From contig CM119271.1 in assembly GCA_051294375.1 (NCBI GenBank), forward strand, positions 13,321,039 to 13,385,038: DNA of 64,000 bases. The letters are read 5' to 3'. Each line of letters begins with the position of its first letter. Within the stretch, counting starts at the first letter, position 1. Under the pieces are notes generated by a model, which did not search any database, was not told where the DNA came from, and worked only from the letters and a program-made list of their open reading frames with translations. Positions 1-13,913 of the stretch are shown here, piece after piece. This DNA comes from Paraspadella gotoi. Its lineage: Eukaryota > Animalia > Chaetognatha. Made by a program: the position numbers and the translations under genes.

Positions 1-2386
1 CACATCGCAAGGTGTCTCGTCAGCGTCACCTACAAGGGGAAGATAGCGGAGAAGAAGGCCATCTTCTCCCATTCAGAAAACATCAGGAATTATTTACAAG
101 ATGCAAGAAACTGGCCATGGTGAGCGTTAAATAAAAGAATCGACCAATCAAACTAATAATCAATCATGAGAAGAACTGATCAATCAAAAAAAAACAAATC
201 ATTGAAACAGCCATTCAATAAATCGACCGATTGAAGCTTTTTTTTTTATGCAATAACAAATAACAAATAAATCAAAATCAATTCAATAATCTATTGGCCC
301 GAATCAATCTATTCTTCAACCAATAAAATAAATTAAAATTAAGACCAACATTGAATAAATCATCACCGGTTCAATCAATCACTCGAATTATTATCTATAA
401 ATCAATTGTTGGAAATCTCTGCACAACCGACCCATATTGATTAATTCAAACGTTGGATCGTAAATGATCAAACAAACCAATCAATTAGCAAAAATCTACT
501 GTTAAACCGAAAATCATCAAACAATCATTTAAACAATCAACCTTATCGCCATTTCTTAAATTATTAATCAATCATGCGAAAAAACTGACAATCAATCAAA
601 CAATCGGTTTGAACAGCCATCAATAAATCGACATGAATTGCTCTTTTTATTCATTCATAACGATTCGTCAGTCAATCGCTAATTAAATCGTCCAATCGTA
701 GACTCAATCGACCAATCAATCAATCACAATCTACCACCAGTTCTAGCATGCTGGTCGTCTCGGAATCGGCCAAGATCCGCAAGAAGAAAGGAGGAAGAAG
801 AGAGACGCCGATGAGGCGCCGGGTTGGAGAAGCTCAAGGCTTTCTTGGAAAGGAGAAGGTCCAGGGGAGGGAGAAGGTGCAGAAGGTCAAACGACGGACT
901 CAAAGGGTGAGTTAAAGAGCGGGAAGGTCGTGGGTAAGATCGTTGTGTTGTTGTCCATCTGGCGAGGAGTGGAATAGCGATGCTGGCGCTAAAATTGGAT
1001 TAATATTATTCGATTCAAAGCGAAATGGAATTGTTTTTTAAAAAAAAAAATTTCCAGTCAATGAAAGTAAAAGAGAGAGGTTTGTGTATAAATACTTAAA
1101 CTGAATCGTAAGTATTCGAGTATCCACAATGAATTGTAATTCGTTTAGAGTTCTTCCAAATGCTGCAATATGCAAATTAAATGAGTTGCAAGGTTAAATA
1201 AATACTTCATCTCCTTTCAGGATTGAATGATGATATCTACGTCCTCTCTCTCTCTTCTCTTCTCTCTCTCTCTCTTCTCTTCTCTCTTCTCCTCTCTCTC
1301 TCTCTTTCCCCTTCTCCTCCTCTTCCTCTCCACCTTTTCCAGAAAGCCGCCTCCATCCGCGAGGAGCACGCCCGCGAGCTCAAGTCAGCGGCGCCATCGC
1401 CACCGACATCAAATCCTTGGACACGAAGGCCGCCAACGCCGCCGTCGCCCTCACGGATCTCGACGCGGACCATCGTGGCGGAGAGGAACAAGTTGACGAG
1501 CGAGTTGAAGGCACGCCAAAGGAGGTCATGAGTCAGGACCAAGGTCAACATGCAGAAGGAGTTGGCGACATGAGGACAAAGTGGCGCAGCTTCCGCGAGG
1601 TAAGGGGAATGGATGGATGATGGATGGATGGATGGATGGATGATGGATGGAGGAGGATGGATGGATGGATGGATGGATGGATGGATGGATGGATGGATGA
1701 AGGAATTTAATTAATGAATGAATGAATCAATGAATGTATAAAATATTAATGAATAATAGATAAACTAATGAATCAATCAATCAATCCCTCAATCATTCAA
1801 TGACTGAAAAATTAATTAATGAATGATTGAATAATTGAATAAATATATTGAAGAACAAACGACTCCATTATAGAATTTTAAAAATTATAAAACATAGTAT
1901 TTAACAGTTGGGTTTCTTTCTTGGGGCTACAGTGTGCTCCTGTGTAGTACAAAGAATCACATTGTCTTTAACGTCTGACGACGATTACAATGAGCGACTT
2001 GATTGTAAATATACTTCGCTTTTCTGATGTCATTTAATTTTAAAATTAAAATGTACGACAATGACGGAGATTCCAAAGCACGAATTTCTTGACAACACTC
2101 AAACTTCCACATCTTCCAAAAAACCAGGCTACACCGGATTGAAGAACCGCCCTCTCGGCGAGGCTGACAAGGTGGCGTTGAAGGGCGAGATCTCTACGAT
2201 CGGCGAAGAGATAACTCGGTTTGGACAAAGCGGCCACAGACTTTTGAGGGAGAAGCACGAAATGTGGCAATCCATCTCCGTGAGTAAACAAAACTGTTTT
2301 GATTTTTTTGGTTTTTTTGTTTTGTTTGGAATCGGTGTGGTGGAAGAACGATTTCTCTCTCTCTCTCTTCTCTCTCTTCTCTCTCT

Positions 2387-2425
<39 letters not shown>

Positions 2426-2482
2426 CTCTCCCTTTGTCTTTATCTATCTTTCTTTCTTTTGAGCTTGCGATCTGTCTCTTTC

Positions 2483-2580
<98 letters not shown>

Positions 2581-2749
2581 TTTCTCTCTCTCTCTTCCTC
2601 CCATTTTCGTTCAATTTTCACAACTTCAAAACCATAATCGTTTCGGTCAGAGAGAGATAGAGCGAGAGAGCGAGACAATCGTTCCAGCCCACACCGGCTA
2701 ATTGTTCTTTTCAAAAAGGCATGCTCGGCTAAACTCTGGCTTCAGATTT

Positions 2750-2780
<31 letters not shown>

Positions 2781-4743
2781 AAAAAAGCAAAAAAAAAAAG
2801 CGAGAAGAAAGACTGAGAGAGAGAGACGTTTTTTGTGTTCCAGGCAATTAGGCTTCCCCCGCCTCCACCTTATTCTGAAGAGATTTGAGATTCTATTGAA
2901 TAACAAAAAAAATATATATCTCAGCCTAAGTGAGTGTTGACTATATTTGCCCTTTTTAAAAAAAAGGTTGTTTTTGGAATACATTTTTCTAGTATATTAA
3001 AAAATAACAAAAATATTCTTACTTAAATTCTTATCCAGGACATTCAGCTTCTCCTCCCCCGCCGTATCTTGACGAAGAAATTTATAATTATCTCCGTTAC
3101 TGATCGCAACTTGAGTTAAAATCGAATGCAATCACTAATTAACCGATTGCAACTTCGATTTTTTTTTTGGGGCATTTAGGTAAAAATGTAATAATCTTTC
3201 GAGATGCGGTCGCTCTAATTTTCTACCTTTTTTTTTTCAGAACTAAAGATAGAATTCTTAATAACAAAACTTTAAAATTCAACACTTGCTTAGTTTTGAG
3301 AAATTAAATTAAATTGTTTTTTAAAAAAGAAAGAAGCCGTTATTATTTCCAGAGGCACGACACATTTTTTTTTGATGATACTGCATTCTATGCTGGGTTT
3401 CTCAAAATCCCACCTGTGTTTTGTTTTTTTTTTTTCTCTCTAACGTTACAATAGCAAAAAATAAAAAAGATATATTCACCCTTAACAAATCGCTATAAAA
3501 AAATTAAAAGGAAAAAAAAAACTGCATGTATTTCTCAAATTCTTTCTTCCGATTGAGACCATATCCAGAATGCTTGTCCGGCCGTAATATTTCTGAATCT
3601 GAAGTTAACAGCATCTAAAAAAAATAAAGGGGGGGTTAAGATCGGAACCGGCAATAGTATGTAAAATAAAAAAAAAACCTAGAATATACAATTATAAATA
3701 TTAATAATTAAATTGACAGTTCTCCGTCGTCAGTTGGATTCAACTCGAGCTCCAACTTCTCTGCCCTTTTTAAAAAACAACAAAACACAATCATTTTGAC
3801 TCTCAAAACAAAAAAAAACAAAACAAACAAAAAAAAACGCAACCACGAAAAACGAAACTTGCCTTCTCCAAACAAAAAAAAAACACTTCCAACCTTTTTG
3901 ATCTTTATCCTGATATTTATCGCCCAAAATGTTCAGTTTAACAAACAATGGTCGATGGGATGCACGAAAGATACTTGGCAGCCATAATTGAGGGCTAGGT
4001 GAGAGACAGAGACAAGAGAGAGAGAGAGAGAAGAAAAGATACTTTCTCTCTTTTGTTCGTGTTTTTTTTTTTCAAAATACATTCTTGACGTGATAAAATT
4101 AGTTATTGGTTTGGAAATCAGAATTCAGGTTTATAGCTAAAAACCCGTTCGTTCTTTCTGGGATATGCTCTCTCGACAGAATATTAACAAAAAAAAAAAA
4201 ACATTAACCACTTTTAAATTACTCATTATATCCCATAACTTATAACAAAAATGTCGATTTGTTCGCGGTTAAGATAAACCCGATTTTACTGATCATCATT
4301 TTTTCTTCATACTAAAAAAAACTTTGGAACGTACAAAAGATATTTTTTTCTTATTAAAAAAAAGAAATATCGTTTGTGTTTGCCAAATTTTGCCAAAAAC
4401 GTGACAAGCATGTTTGCCGCCTAGTCCCACAAGATTCGTATCACAGTTTGATTCGCTTTAAAACTTATCTATTGTAAAAATGTAATCGTTTTTCTTCGTT
4501 GTCTTGAAGTGACTGTGTGAAAAAGAAAACTAAAAAGGTCGCCCTGTGAAAAACTTATCACATCTTTTGTTTGCAGGAATTACAATCGAACCATCACATC
4601 TGAGCTCATGAGGGCGGCTCGGTCTTCAGCAGGAGGGAGTAGAAATGAGTCTTTGTTTTTTATATTTTGATAATTGTTAGTAAACTGTCCCCTCAAATCA
4701 AAATTTAAATATACATTATTATGCCAAAATTAGTTGATGCTAT
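1..4743 (+). pseudogene. Extra copy of the 3' part of the myosin gene (IQ exon, tail exons, alternative terminal exon region) with scattered indels; probable assembly duplicate of ~31245-35963
   Basis: Collinear and near-identical (introns included) to 31245-35963; exons at ~1-119, ~740-907, 1343-1599, 2128-2279 and 4577-4644 carry single-base indels; ends at a 25-N gap. Confidence 0.75.
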
Positions 4744-4768
4744 NNNNNNNNNNNNNNNNNNNNNNNNN
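4744..4768. other. Assembly gap (25 N)
   Basis: Run of exactly 25 N; same length as the gaps at 8674 and 19340. Confidence 0.99.
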
Positions 4769-4817
4769 CTTTTTTTCCGAATTTCCCCCCCTCCTTTTCT
4801 CCCGAGGACGACTCGAG

Positions 4818-4852
4818 TATAAAAGGGAGAAGCCGAGAGCCGTGCGTCACTT
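4818..4852 (+). promoter_or_regulatory. Core promoter of the myosin gene: TATA box plus Initiator-like element
   Basis: TATAAAAG at 4818-4825; TCACTT (Inr-like, A at 4849) 31 nt downstream; followed by a short non-coding exon ending at the donor AAG|GTAAGT at 4963/4964. Confidence 0.6.
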
Positions 4853-5641
4853 CAGCGCAAACGAAAGCTTAGAGAAATCTATTCATCTTCCCCGCGGAGT
4901 CTTTAAGCTTCTGATTGGCTGTCGTCCGCGCAAGTAACCGAGAAACATCTTCCGTCGGAAAAGGTAAGTCGACGATCGGGGTAAGTTAAAAGGGATTTCG
5001 GCGCGGGAGGCGGACGGGGTATTTCGTTCGAAAAAGAATCGGGAGTTAGGAATGTTATGGCCGGAATTTTGTACGTACGAAAATGCCGGGATATTGCGAA
5101 GATAGTGTCCGGGTATTTGCCCGTGAAACGGCCGGAATTTCGGGGAACTGCCGGAATGGCCGGGATTTTTTAACTCGGGGGAAAAATTTTGACCAGTTTC
5201 CGGCAAGTGGCCGATCTAGAAAACTTCCGGATCTGTCCCGAAGTATCTCTCTGTCCATCCGTCCGTCTTTGATTTCTTGAGAGCCAAACTTTTTTTTTCG
5301 CGTTTTGATTAAGTTTGAAGTTTTTGTTGCAAGTTACAAATTTCAAGAATAACAAAGTCAAACGAATTACGAAATACCGACGTTAGTTTTTGTCTTCTTT
5401 TTTTATGATATAATTTTTTTAAAAACATTTTCTCAATCATCTGCTTCCGGTTTTCTTGCGCGGACTAAGATCGTCTTCTTCTATGTTTTACTTCATTAGC
5501 GATATATACAAATATTTTATTTTGACTTAAAAAAAGATAACAATCAAACCGAAACTCTATTGCCTTTTTTTTTCCGCAATTTATTTTTTCGTGACATCAA
5601 TGTCTCCTTCATCGACTGCAGAATCGCCCTCGGACTCCAAC

Positions 5642-5743
5642 ATGGCCAAGGAACGCCTATCCCCGAGTCATCCCGATTGGATCTGGCTGCAGACGCCGAT
5701 GAACGAGCTCCTCAAGGAGAGGAGCGCGCCCTTCGACGCCAAG
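5642..5743 (+). CDS. Myosin II heavy chain-like, first coding exon (MAKERLSPSHPDWIWLQTPMNELLKERSAPFDAK)
   Basis: Acceptor CAG at 5619-5621, ATG at 5642, phase-0 donor GTGAAG at 5744; PD..WL...PFDAK resembles the striated MHC N-terminus. Confidence 0.8.
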
Positions 5744-7221
5744 GTGAAGGGACGAGAGGGTGGAAGGGGGGGGGTGGCGCCGAGGAATTGATGGAGACGC
5801 CAACAGTCGGCGCCGGTAAATGGTCGAGGTTGCCGGAAAATTTCGTGGCGGTATCGGGGGGGGCGCGGTTGTGATGTTAGGTTGGGGGGTGATCAAAGGT
5901 AGATAAACTAATCCATCAGCTTGTATTTAATATTTGTTGCTTCCATTGTTTCCTGAGAAGACGAAACCCAGTAGACGCGAATTGTACAGTCTCGTTAGAA
6001 TAACTATGCATTAAAAAAAAAATTTCATTATTGTGATTTTTTCATTTTTATTGTTTTCTCATCCAGAAGCGAGTCATATACTCCGTGAATGTTAGATAAA
6101 ATTAATGCAAAAATCTTTTAAATGCTCTCAAGATACAGTTAAATACATAGATGCCGTCATGGAAATTCAAAACTTAAAAAGAAGATTTGTTTATTCTAAT
6201 ATTATGTGTGGAACACATAAATTCTCTTAAAAAAAACAATGCTCTAGTCAGAATCTCTCTTTTGTTTAAGCTTGTCGTTTGATATCAAAAACTTTAAAAC
6301 ATTTGTCTGTCCTCTGTCTGTCTGTCCGTCTTTTCTCCATATCCTTTAAAGTCTTATTACTGTATGTTTGGATAAATCAAATTGAAGTTGAAGACTTTTC
6401 GTCCGTGTTAAAAAACTGGTTCACTGTGAGTCTGGAAATTCAAATTTCAATCGGAATGTAGGCTAGTGGATATGTAAGTGTCCATTAAAAAGTACAAGAT
6501 CAATTTTAGCTTTTATTAACTTTCTAATTTGTATATTTTATTGTCGCACATCAAATGGCGTCGTCATCGCTCGTGTGTTGGCGTTGTTGTCCGAGCCGTC
6601 CTTCGAAATTGGGTGAGGAAGTTATTAATATCATGTTTTGTTTATGAAGAAAAGGAGAAAAGTGAAATCGGCAGCGAGAGATTTTAGGTGAAAAAGAAGA
6701 TAAATCACACAATTATCATGATGAATAATATTGTCAAAATTTGTTAATTCAGAGTAGTTAAAGAATAAGAGAGTCGTAAAGAAGATAAACACATTTTTTT
6801 ATTTTATTTTATTTATCATTTATTTATATCTCTCCTCTCTCTCTATTCTCTTTACTTACATACTAGCTATCTCTTCTCTCTGGCTTGATCAAGTTGTTCA
6901 TTTGTCATGAAAATCTAAATTGTTTCTCGCGTCTCGCTACTGCTGAATTCTCGAAACGATTTGGCCTCTCTCTTCTCTCTCGCACATAGAGCTTTTTATT
7001 ATCGTTCTTTTTTTCTCGTCACTTCTTGTTTTATTTCTTAATTTATAATTTACGTTTATATATTAATTTTATATACTATTTACTTTTATATATTTTGATA
7101 TAATGTTAATTTTGAATTTAACTTTGTCGGTCGCGTCGCGGTCTGCCGCTTTCAATCTTGCGGGACATTCCACTTATATCATGTCAGACATCAAATATGA
7201 TAATTAACTCAAAAAAAAAAA

Positions 7222-7580
7222 CCGATGTCCGTCCGTCCGTCCCCAACCTTAACAAAGAAAGTACAAATTACTCCGTGATTGGATGGATGGACTTGGAATG
7301 ATACTTTTGGTGTGTGGGTAGGGAAGTGTGTTGCTTGAGCCTAGGGATATGAGAGTTTTGAATGGAATCGTCAGAGTGGAATGAAGTTTTTATGGAAAAA
7401 AACAAAAATATATTTCTCACTTCTATTTGAAACACCAATATACTCATGCAAGTGAATGTGGGAGGCTTTGGACCTCTGAATTTTGTATCGTAGGTAGGTA
7501 AAGTGTGTAATTAAACTAGAAATCAAACGTTTCGATGGAATTGTTTGAGTGGAAGTAAGTTTAAAATGGAAAAAAACAAA
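7222..7580 (+). mobile_element. Helentron/DINE-1 (HINE)-like non-autonomous element remnant
   Basis: (GTCC)n tract at ~7227-7242 followed by two diverged tandem ~180-bp subunits (GTAGG..AAGTGTGT...ATGGAAT..GAGTGGAA...ATGGAAAAAA); a similar (GTCT/GTCC)n-headed segment lies at ~6304-6490. Confidence 0.4.
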
Positions 7581-8673
7581 GAATCCCTGTTTTTACTAAG
7601 GTTGAATTATGCTTCTTATTCTTTTAAATTTTTTCTTAAAATGTAAATTCTCAAGAGATGTATTAATGTTAATAAAATTACTTAATCAGCTTAATTAATG
7701 CATTAGTCAAATTTAATTTAGTATCAATTATTAAATCTAATCAGTCAATCAATCAACAACAAACATTTTGAGAATCAAATTAATTAATTTGTCCTAATTA
7801 ATTAAATAATTAACATTGAATAAATTAATTAATTAATTAATTAAATAATTAATTACACTTGAATTAATTATTAATTAATTATTAATTAATTAAGTTAATT
7901 AATTACGCTGATAATAACCATGGGCATAATCCGAGCTTGGGAAATATCAGGAGATGAGTATTAATTTAAGATCCAAGATTAATTAATTCAGGTTAATTAA
8001 TCAATTTTTAGTGCAATTAATCTATTATTTATAATTTAATTAATCAGTCTCTTTAATAAAGCTCAAAAATATAAACCATTTCAAATCCAGAATTTAATTA
8101 ATTATTGCCCTATTAAATAAATAATGTCAACTTGAATAATATTAATTATTATGTAATTTTAAATAATTAATTAACTTGAATTATAATTATTATTATTAAC
8201 TTGATTTAATCTATTTCTGTAATTAATTATTTACATTATAATTAATGACGCATTATAGCGGGCGCAGAGTCTGACTTGACAATATAAAGATGTAATTAAT
8301 TAATCAAATAATTAATGCAGCGCTTAGTTAATCAATTGGAATTAATCAATAATTAATTACAGTCAGTTGATGCAAATTTATTGTTGCAACGAGAATCAAT
8401 TTTTATATTTATCTAATTGAAGTTAATTATTTAATCACATCAAGTCAAGTCACATTCCAATATCTTTCTTATCTGATGCTCTCCTGTTACGAAAACAAAA
8501 AATATCTTGTTGGTAGCCCTCGATCGTGGCAACCTTCGCATCCTTAAACAATTAGAATGTCTCATCCTCTTACTTTTTTGCTTTGGCTCTTTTGCTCTCA
8601 CTCTTTGCCTCACATCTCTCTGTGGATCGCTTTTTCTTTGTTTCTGCATCCAATTTCAGAACTTATTGGCTCA

Positions 8674-8698
8674 NNNNNNNNNNNNNNNNNNNNNNNNN
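8674..8698. other. Assembly gap (25 N)
   Basis: Run of exactly 25 N. Confidence 0.99.
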
Positions 8699-10661
8699 AT
8701 AGCATCAACTAATTTTGGCATAATAATGTATATTTAAATTTTGATTTGAGGGGACAGTTTACTAACAATTATCAAAATATAAAAAACAAAGACTCATTTC
8801 TACTCCCTCCTGCTGAAGACCGAGCCGCCCTCATGAGCTCAGATGTGATGGTTCGATTGTAATTCCTGCAAACAAAAGATGTGATAAGTTTTTCACAGGG
8901 CGACCTTTTTAGTTTTCTTTTTCACACAGTCACTTCAAGACAACGAAGAAAAACGATTACATTTTTACAATAGATAAGTTTTAAAGCGAATCAAACTGTG
9001 ATACGAATCTTGTGGGACTAGGCGGCAAACATGCTTGTCACGTTTTTGGCAAAATTTGGCAAACACAAACGATATTTCTTTTTTTTAATAAGAAAAAAAT
9101 ATCTTTTGTACGTTCCAAAGTTTTTTTTAGTATGAAGAAAAAATGATGATCAGTAAAATCGGGTTTATCTTAACCGCGAACAAATCGACATTTTTGTTAT
9201 AAGTTATGGGATATAATGAGTAATTTAAAAGTGGTTAATGTTTTTTTTTTTTTGTTAATATTCTGTCGAGAGAGCATATCCCAGAAAGAACGAACGGGTT
9301 TTTAGCTATAAACCTGAATTCTGATTTCCAAACCAATAACTAATTTTATCACGTCAAGAATGTATTTTGAAAAAAAAAAACACGAACAAAAGAGAGAAAG
9401 TATCTTTTCTTCTCTCTCTCTCTCTCTTGTCTCTGTCTCTCACCTAGCCCTCAATTATGGCTGCCAAGTATCTTTCGTGCATCCCATCGACCATTGTTTG
9501 TTAAACTGAACATTTTGGGCGATAAATATCAGGATAAAGATCAAAAAGGTTGGAAGTGTTTTTTTTTTGTTTGGAGAAGGCAAGTTTCGTTTTTCGTGGT
9601 TGCGTTTTTTTTTGTTTGTTTTGTTTTTTTTTGTTTTGAGAGTCAAAATGATTGTGTTTTGTTGTTTTTTAAAAAGGGCAGAGAAGTTGGAGCTCGAGTT
9701 GAATCCAACTGACGACGGAGAACTGTCAATTTAATTATTAATATTTATAATTGTATATTCTAGGTTTTTTTTTTATTTTACATACTATTGCCGGTTCCGA
9801 TCTTAACCCCCCCTTTATTTTTTTTAGATGCTGTTAACTTCAGATTCAGAAATATTACGGCCGGACAAGCATTCTGGATATGGTCTCAATCGGAAGAAAG
9901 AATTTGAGAAATACATGCAGTTTTTTTTTTCCTTTTAATTTTTTTATAGCGATTTGTTAAGGGTGAATATATCTTTTTTATTTTTTGCTATTGTAACGTT
10001 AGAGAGAAAAAAAAAAAACAAAACACAGGTGGGATTTTGAGAAACCCAGCATAGAATGCAGTATCATCAAAAAAAAATGTGTCGTGCCTCTGGAAATAAT
10101 AACGGCTTCTTTCTTTTTTAAAAAACAATTTAATTTAATTTCTCAAAACTAAGCAAGTGTTGAATTTTAAAGTTTTGTTATTAAGAATTCTATCTTTAGT
10201 TCTGAAAAAAAAAAGGTAGAAAATTAGAGCGACCGCATCTCGAAAGATTATTACATTTTTACCTAAATGCCCCAAAAAAAAAATCGAAGTTGCAATCGGT
10301 TAATTAGTGATTGCATTCGATTTTAACTCAAGTTGCGATCAGTAACGGAGATAATTATAAATTTCTTCGTCAAGATACGGCGGGGGAGGAGAAGCTGAAT
10401 GTCCTGGATAAGAATTTAAGTAAGAATATTTTTGTTATTTTTTAATATACTAGAAAAATGTATTCCAAAAACAACCTTTTTTTTAAAAAGGGCAAATATA
10501 GTCAACACTCACTTAGGCTGAGATATATATTTTTTTTGTTATTCAATAGAATCTCAAATCTCTTCAGAATAAGGTGGAGGCGGGGGAAGCCTAATTGCCT
10601 GGAACACAAAAAACGTCTCTCTCTCTCAGTCTTTCTTCTCGCTTTTTTTTTTTGCTTTTTT

Positions 10662-10692
<31 letters not shown>

Positions 10693-10861
10693 AAATCTGA
10701 AGCCAGAGTTTAGCCGAGCATGCCTTTTTGAAAAGAACAATTAGCCGGTGTGGGCTGGAACGATTGTCTCGCTCTCTCGCTCTATCTCTCTCTGACCGAA
10801 ACGATTATGGTTTTGAAGTTGTGAAAATTGAACGAAAATGGGAGGAAGAGAGAGAGAGAAA

Positions 10862-10959
<98 letters not shown>

Positions 10960-11016
10960 GAAAGAGACAGATCGCAAGCTCAAAAGAAAGAAAGATAGAT
11001 AAAGACAAAGGGAGAG

Positions 11017-11055
<39 letters not shown>

Positions 11056-12267
11056 AGAGAGAGAAGAGAGAGAAGAGAGAGAGAGAGAAATCGTTCTTCC
11101 ACCACACCGATTCCAAACAAAACCAAAAAAGACCAAAAAAATCAAACAGTTTGTTTTACTCACGGAGATGGATTTGCCACATTTCGTGCTTCTCCCTCAA
11201 AAGTCTGCGTGTGGGCCATGCTTTGATCCGAAGACCGAAGTTATCTCATTCTTCGGCCGGCAATTACCCCGGTTTCGTACTGAGATCTCTGCCCTTTTCA
11301 AACTGCCACCTTTGTCAGCCTCAGCGCGAGAGGGCCGGTTCTTGCCCAATCCGGTGTAGCCAGGTTTGTTTTTGGAATGATGTGGAAGTTTGAGTGTTTC
11401 AAGAAATTCGTGCTATTTGGAATCTCACGTCATTTTGGTCGTACGCAATTTTAATTTTAAAATTATAATGACATCAGAAAAGCGAACGTATATTACATAT
11501 CAAGTCGCGTCATTGTAATTCGTCGTCAGACGTTAAAGACAATGTGATTTCTTTGTAGCTACAATCAGGAGCCCTGTAGCACCAATAACGGAAAGATAAC
11601 CAGACTTTAAATTACTATGTTTTATAATTTTATAAAATTCTATAATGGATTCGTTTTGTTTCTAGTTCATATATTTATTCAATTATTCAACTGCATTCAT
11701 TAATTATTTTTCAGCTGCATTGAATGACGTCTGATGGATTGATTGATTGATTCATATATTTATCCTATTTTATTTCATTAATATCTTTTATAACATTCTG
11801 TGTGTGATTCAATTTCATTATCTAATTAAATTCCTTCATCCATCCATCTCCATCATCCATGGGCTCATCCATCCATCTCTCCATCCATCATCCATCATCC
11901 ATCCCATACCGCATCCATCCATTCCCCTTACCTCGCGGAAGCCTGCGCCACTTTGTCCTCCATGTTCGCACAACTCCATATCTGCATGTTGACCTTGTCA
12001 CTGATCATGTACCCTTATGGCTGTGCTTCACATCGCTCGTGCAACTTGTTCCTCCTACCGCCTCTCGAAATGGTCCGCGTCGAGAAGTCCGTAGAGGGCG
12101 GACGGCGGCGTTGGCGCGCCTTTCGTGTCCAAGGATTTGATGTCGTTGTGCGCGATGGCGCCGCTTGACTTAGAAGCTCAGCGCGGCGTGCTCCTCGCGG
12201 AATGGAGGCGGCTTTCTTGGAGACCGGTGGAGGAGGAAGAGGAGGAGAAGGGGAAGAGAGAAGAGAG

Positions 12268-12300
<33 letters not shown>

Positions 12301-13873
12301 AGGAGAGAGGACGTAGATAGTCGATTCATTCAATCCTGAAAGGAGATGAAGTATTAATATTTAACCTTGCAACTCATTCTAATTTGCACTATTGCAGCAT
12401 TTGGAAGAGACTCTAAACGAATTACACATCATTGTGGATACTTCGAATTACTTACAGATCTCAGTTTAAGTATTTTATACACAACCTTTCTCTCTTTTAC
12501 TTTCATTGACTGGAAATTTTTTTTAAAAAACAATTCCATTTCGCTTTGGAATCGAATAATATTAATCCAATTTTAGCAGCCACGCATCGCTAATTTCCAC
12601 CTCCTCGCCAGATGGTCAACAACACAACGATCCTTACCACCGACCTTCGCCGCTCTTAACTCACCCTCTTGAGCTCCGTCGTTTGACCTTCTGCACACCT
12701 TCTCCTCCCCTGGACCTTCATTGCCTGTCGTCAAAGAAAGCCTTGAGCTTCTCCACCCGAGCGGCCCTATCCTCTGCGGCGTTTTCTCTCTTCTTCCTCC
12801 TTCTTCTTGCGGATCTTGTGCCGATCCGAGACCGACTTTCGAGTCATGTAGAACTGGTGGTAGATTGTGATTGATTGATTGGTCGATTGAGTCTCACGAT
12901 TGGCGATGTTGATATTAGCGATTGACTGACGATCGTTATGATGAATAAAAAGAGCAATTCAGGTCGATTTATTGATGGCTGCTTTCAAACGATTGTTTGA
13001 TTGATTGCTCAGTTTTTTGCATGATTGATTAAAATTTAAGAAATTGAGCGATAAGGGTTGATTGTTTAAATGATTGTTTGATTGATTTTTCGGTTTAACG
13101 AGTAGATTTTTGCTAATTGATTGTTTGTTTGATCATTTACGATCCAAACGTGTTGGAATTAATCAAATGGGTCGGTTTGTGCAGCAGAGTCCAACAATTG
13201 ATATTATAGATAATAATTTGAGTGATTGATTGAACCGTGATGATTTATTTCAATCTCGTTGGTCTTTAATTGTTAATTTATTTATTGGTTGAAAGAATAG
13301 ATTGATTGGCCAATACGATTATTGAATTGATTTCTGACTTTACTTTGTTATTTGATTTATTGCATAAAAAAAAAAGCTTCAATCCTGGTCGATTTATTGA
13401 ATGGCGTTCAATGATTGTTATTTTTGATTGATCTCAGTGATTCTTCGCATGACTTGATTTATTTAGTTTGCATTGGTCTGATTCTTTTTATTAACGCTGG
13501 CACCATGGCCAGTTTCTTCGATCTGTAATAATTCCTGATGTTTTTCTGAGATGGGACCGAATGATGGCCTTCTTCTCCGCGATCTTCCCCTATGTAGGTG
13601 AGCATATTGACCGAGCACCTTGCGGATTGTGGCAGAACTGCACTCTTGAGTGACAGACGGAAGGGGCTACTCTCCGGATCTCCTCCAGTTTGAGGGCGGA
13701 CGCCGCGCGGCAACAATCACCTGTGCGGTGGGTTGGGGAGGTGAGGAGAGAGAGAGGAGTGGGGAGAGGGTTAGAGAAGAGAGAGAGAGAGTAGAGAGAG
13801 AGAGAGAGAGAAAGAGAGAGAGCGATGAGAGGAAGAAAGGAAAACAGACTGAAAGGTAGAGAGAGAGAGAATG

Positions 13874-13913
<40 letters not shown>

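Noticed and set aside
2046-2714. Long ER/SL-repeat ORFs (also 10728-11393, 22352-22774, 30654-31157, 33527-33895)
   Set aside because: Translations of (GA)n/(CT)n microsatellites, which have no stops; intronic
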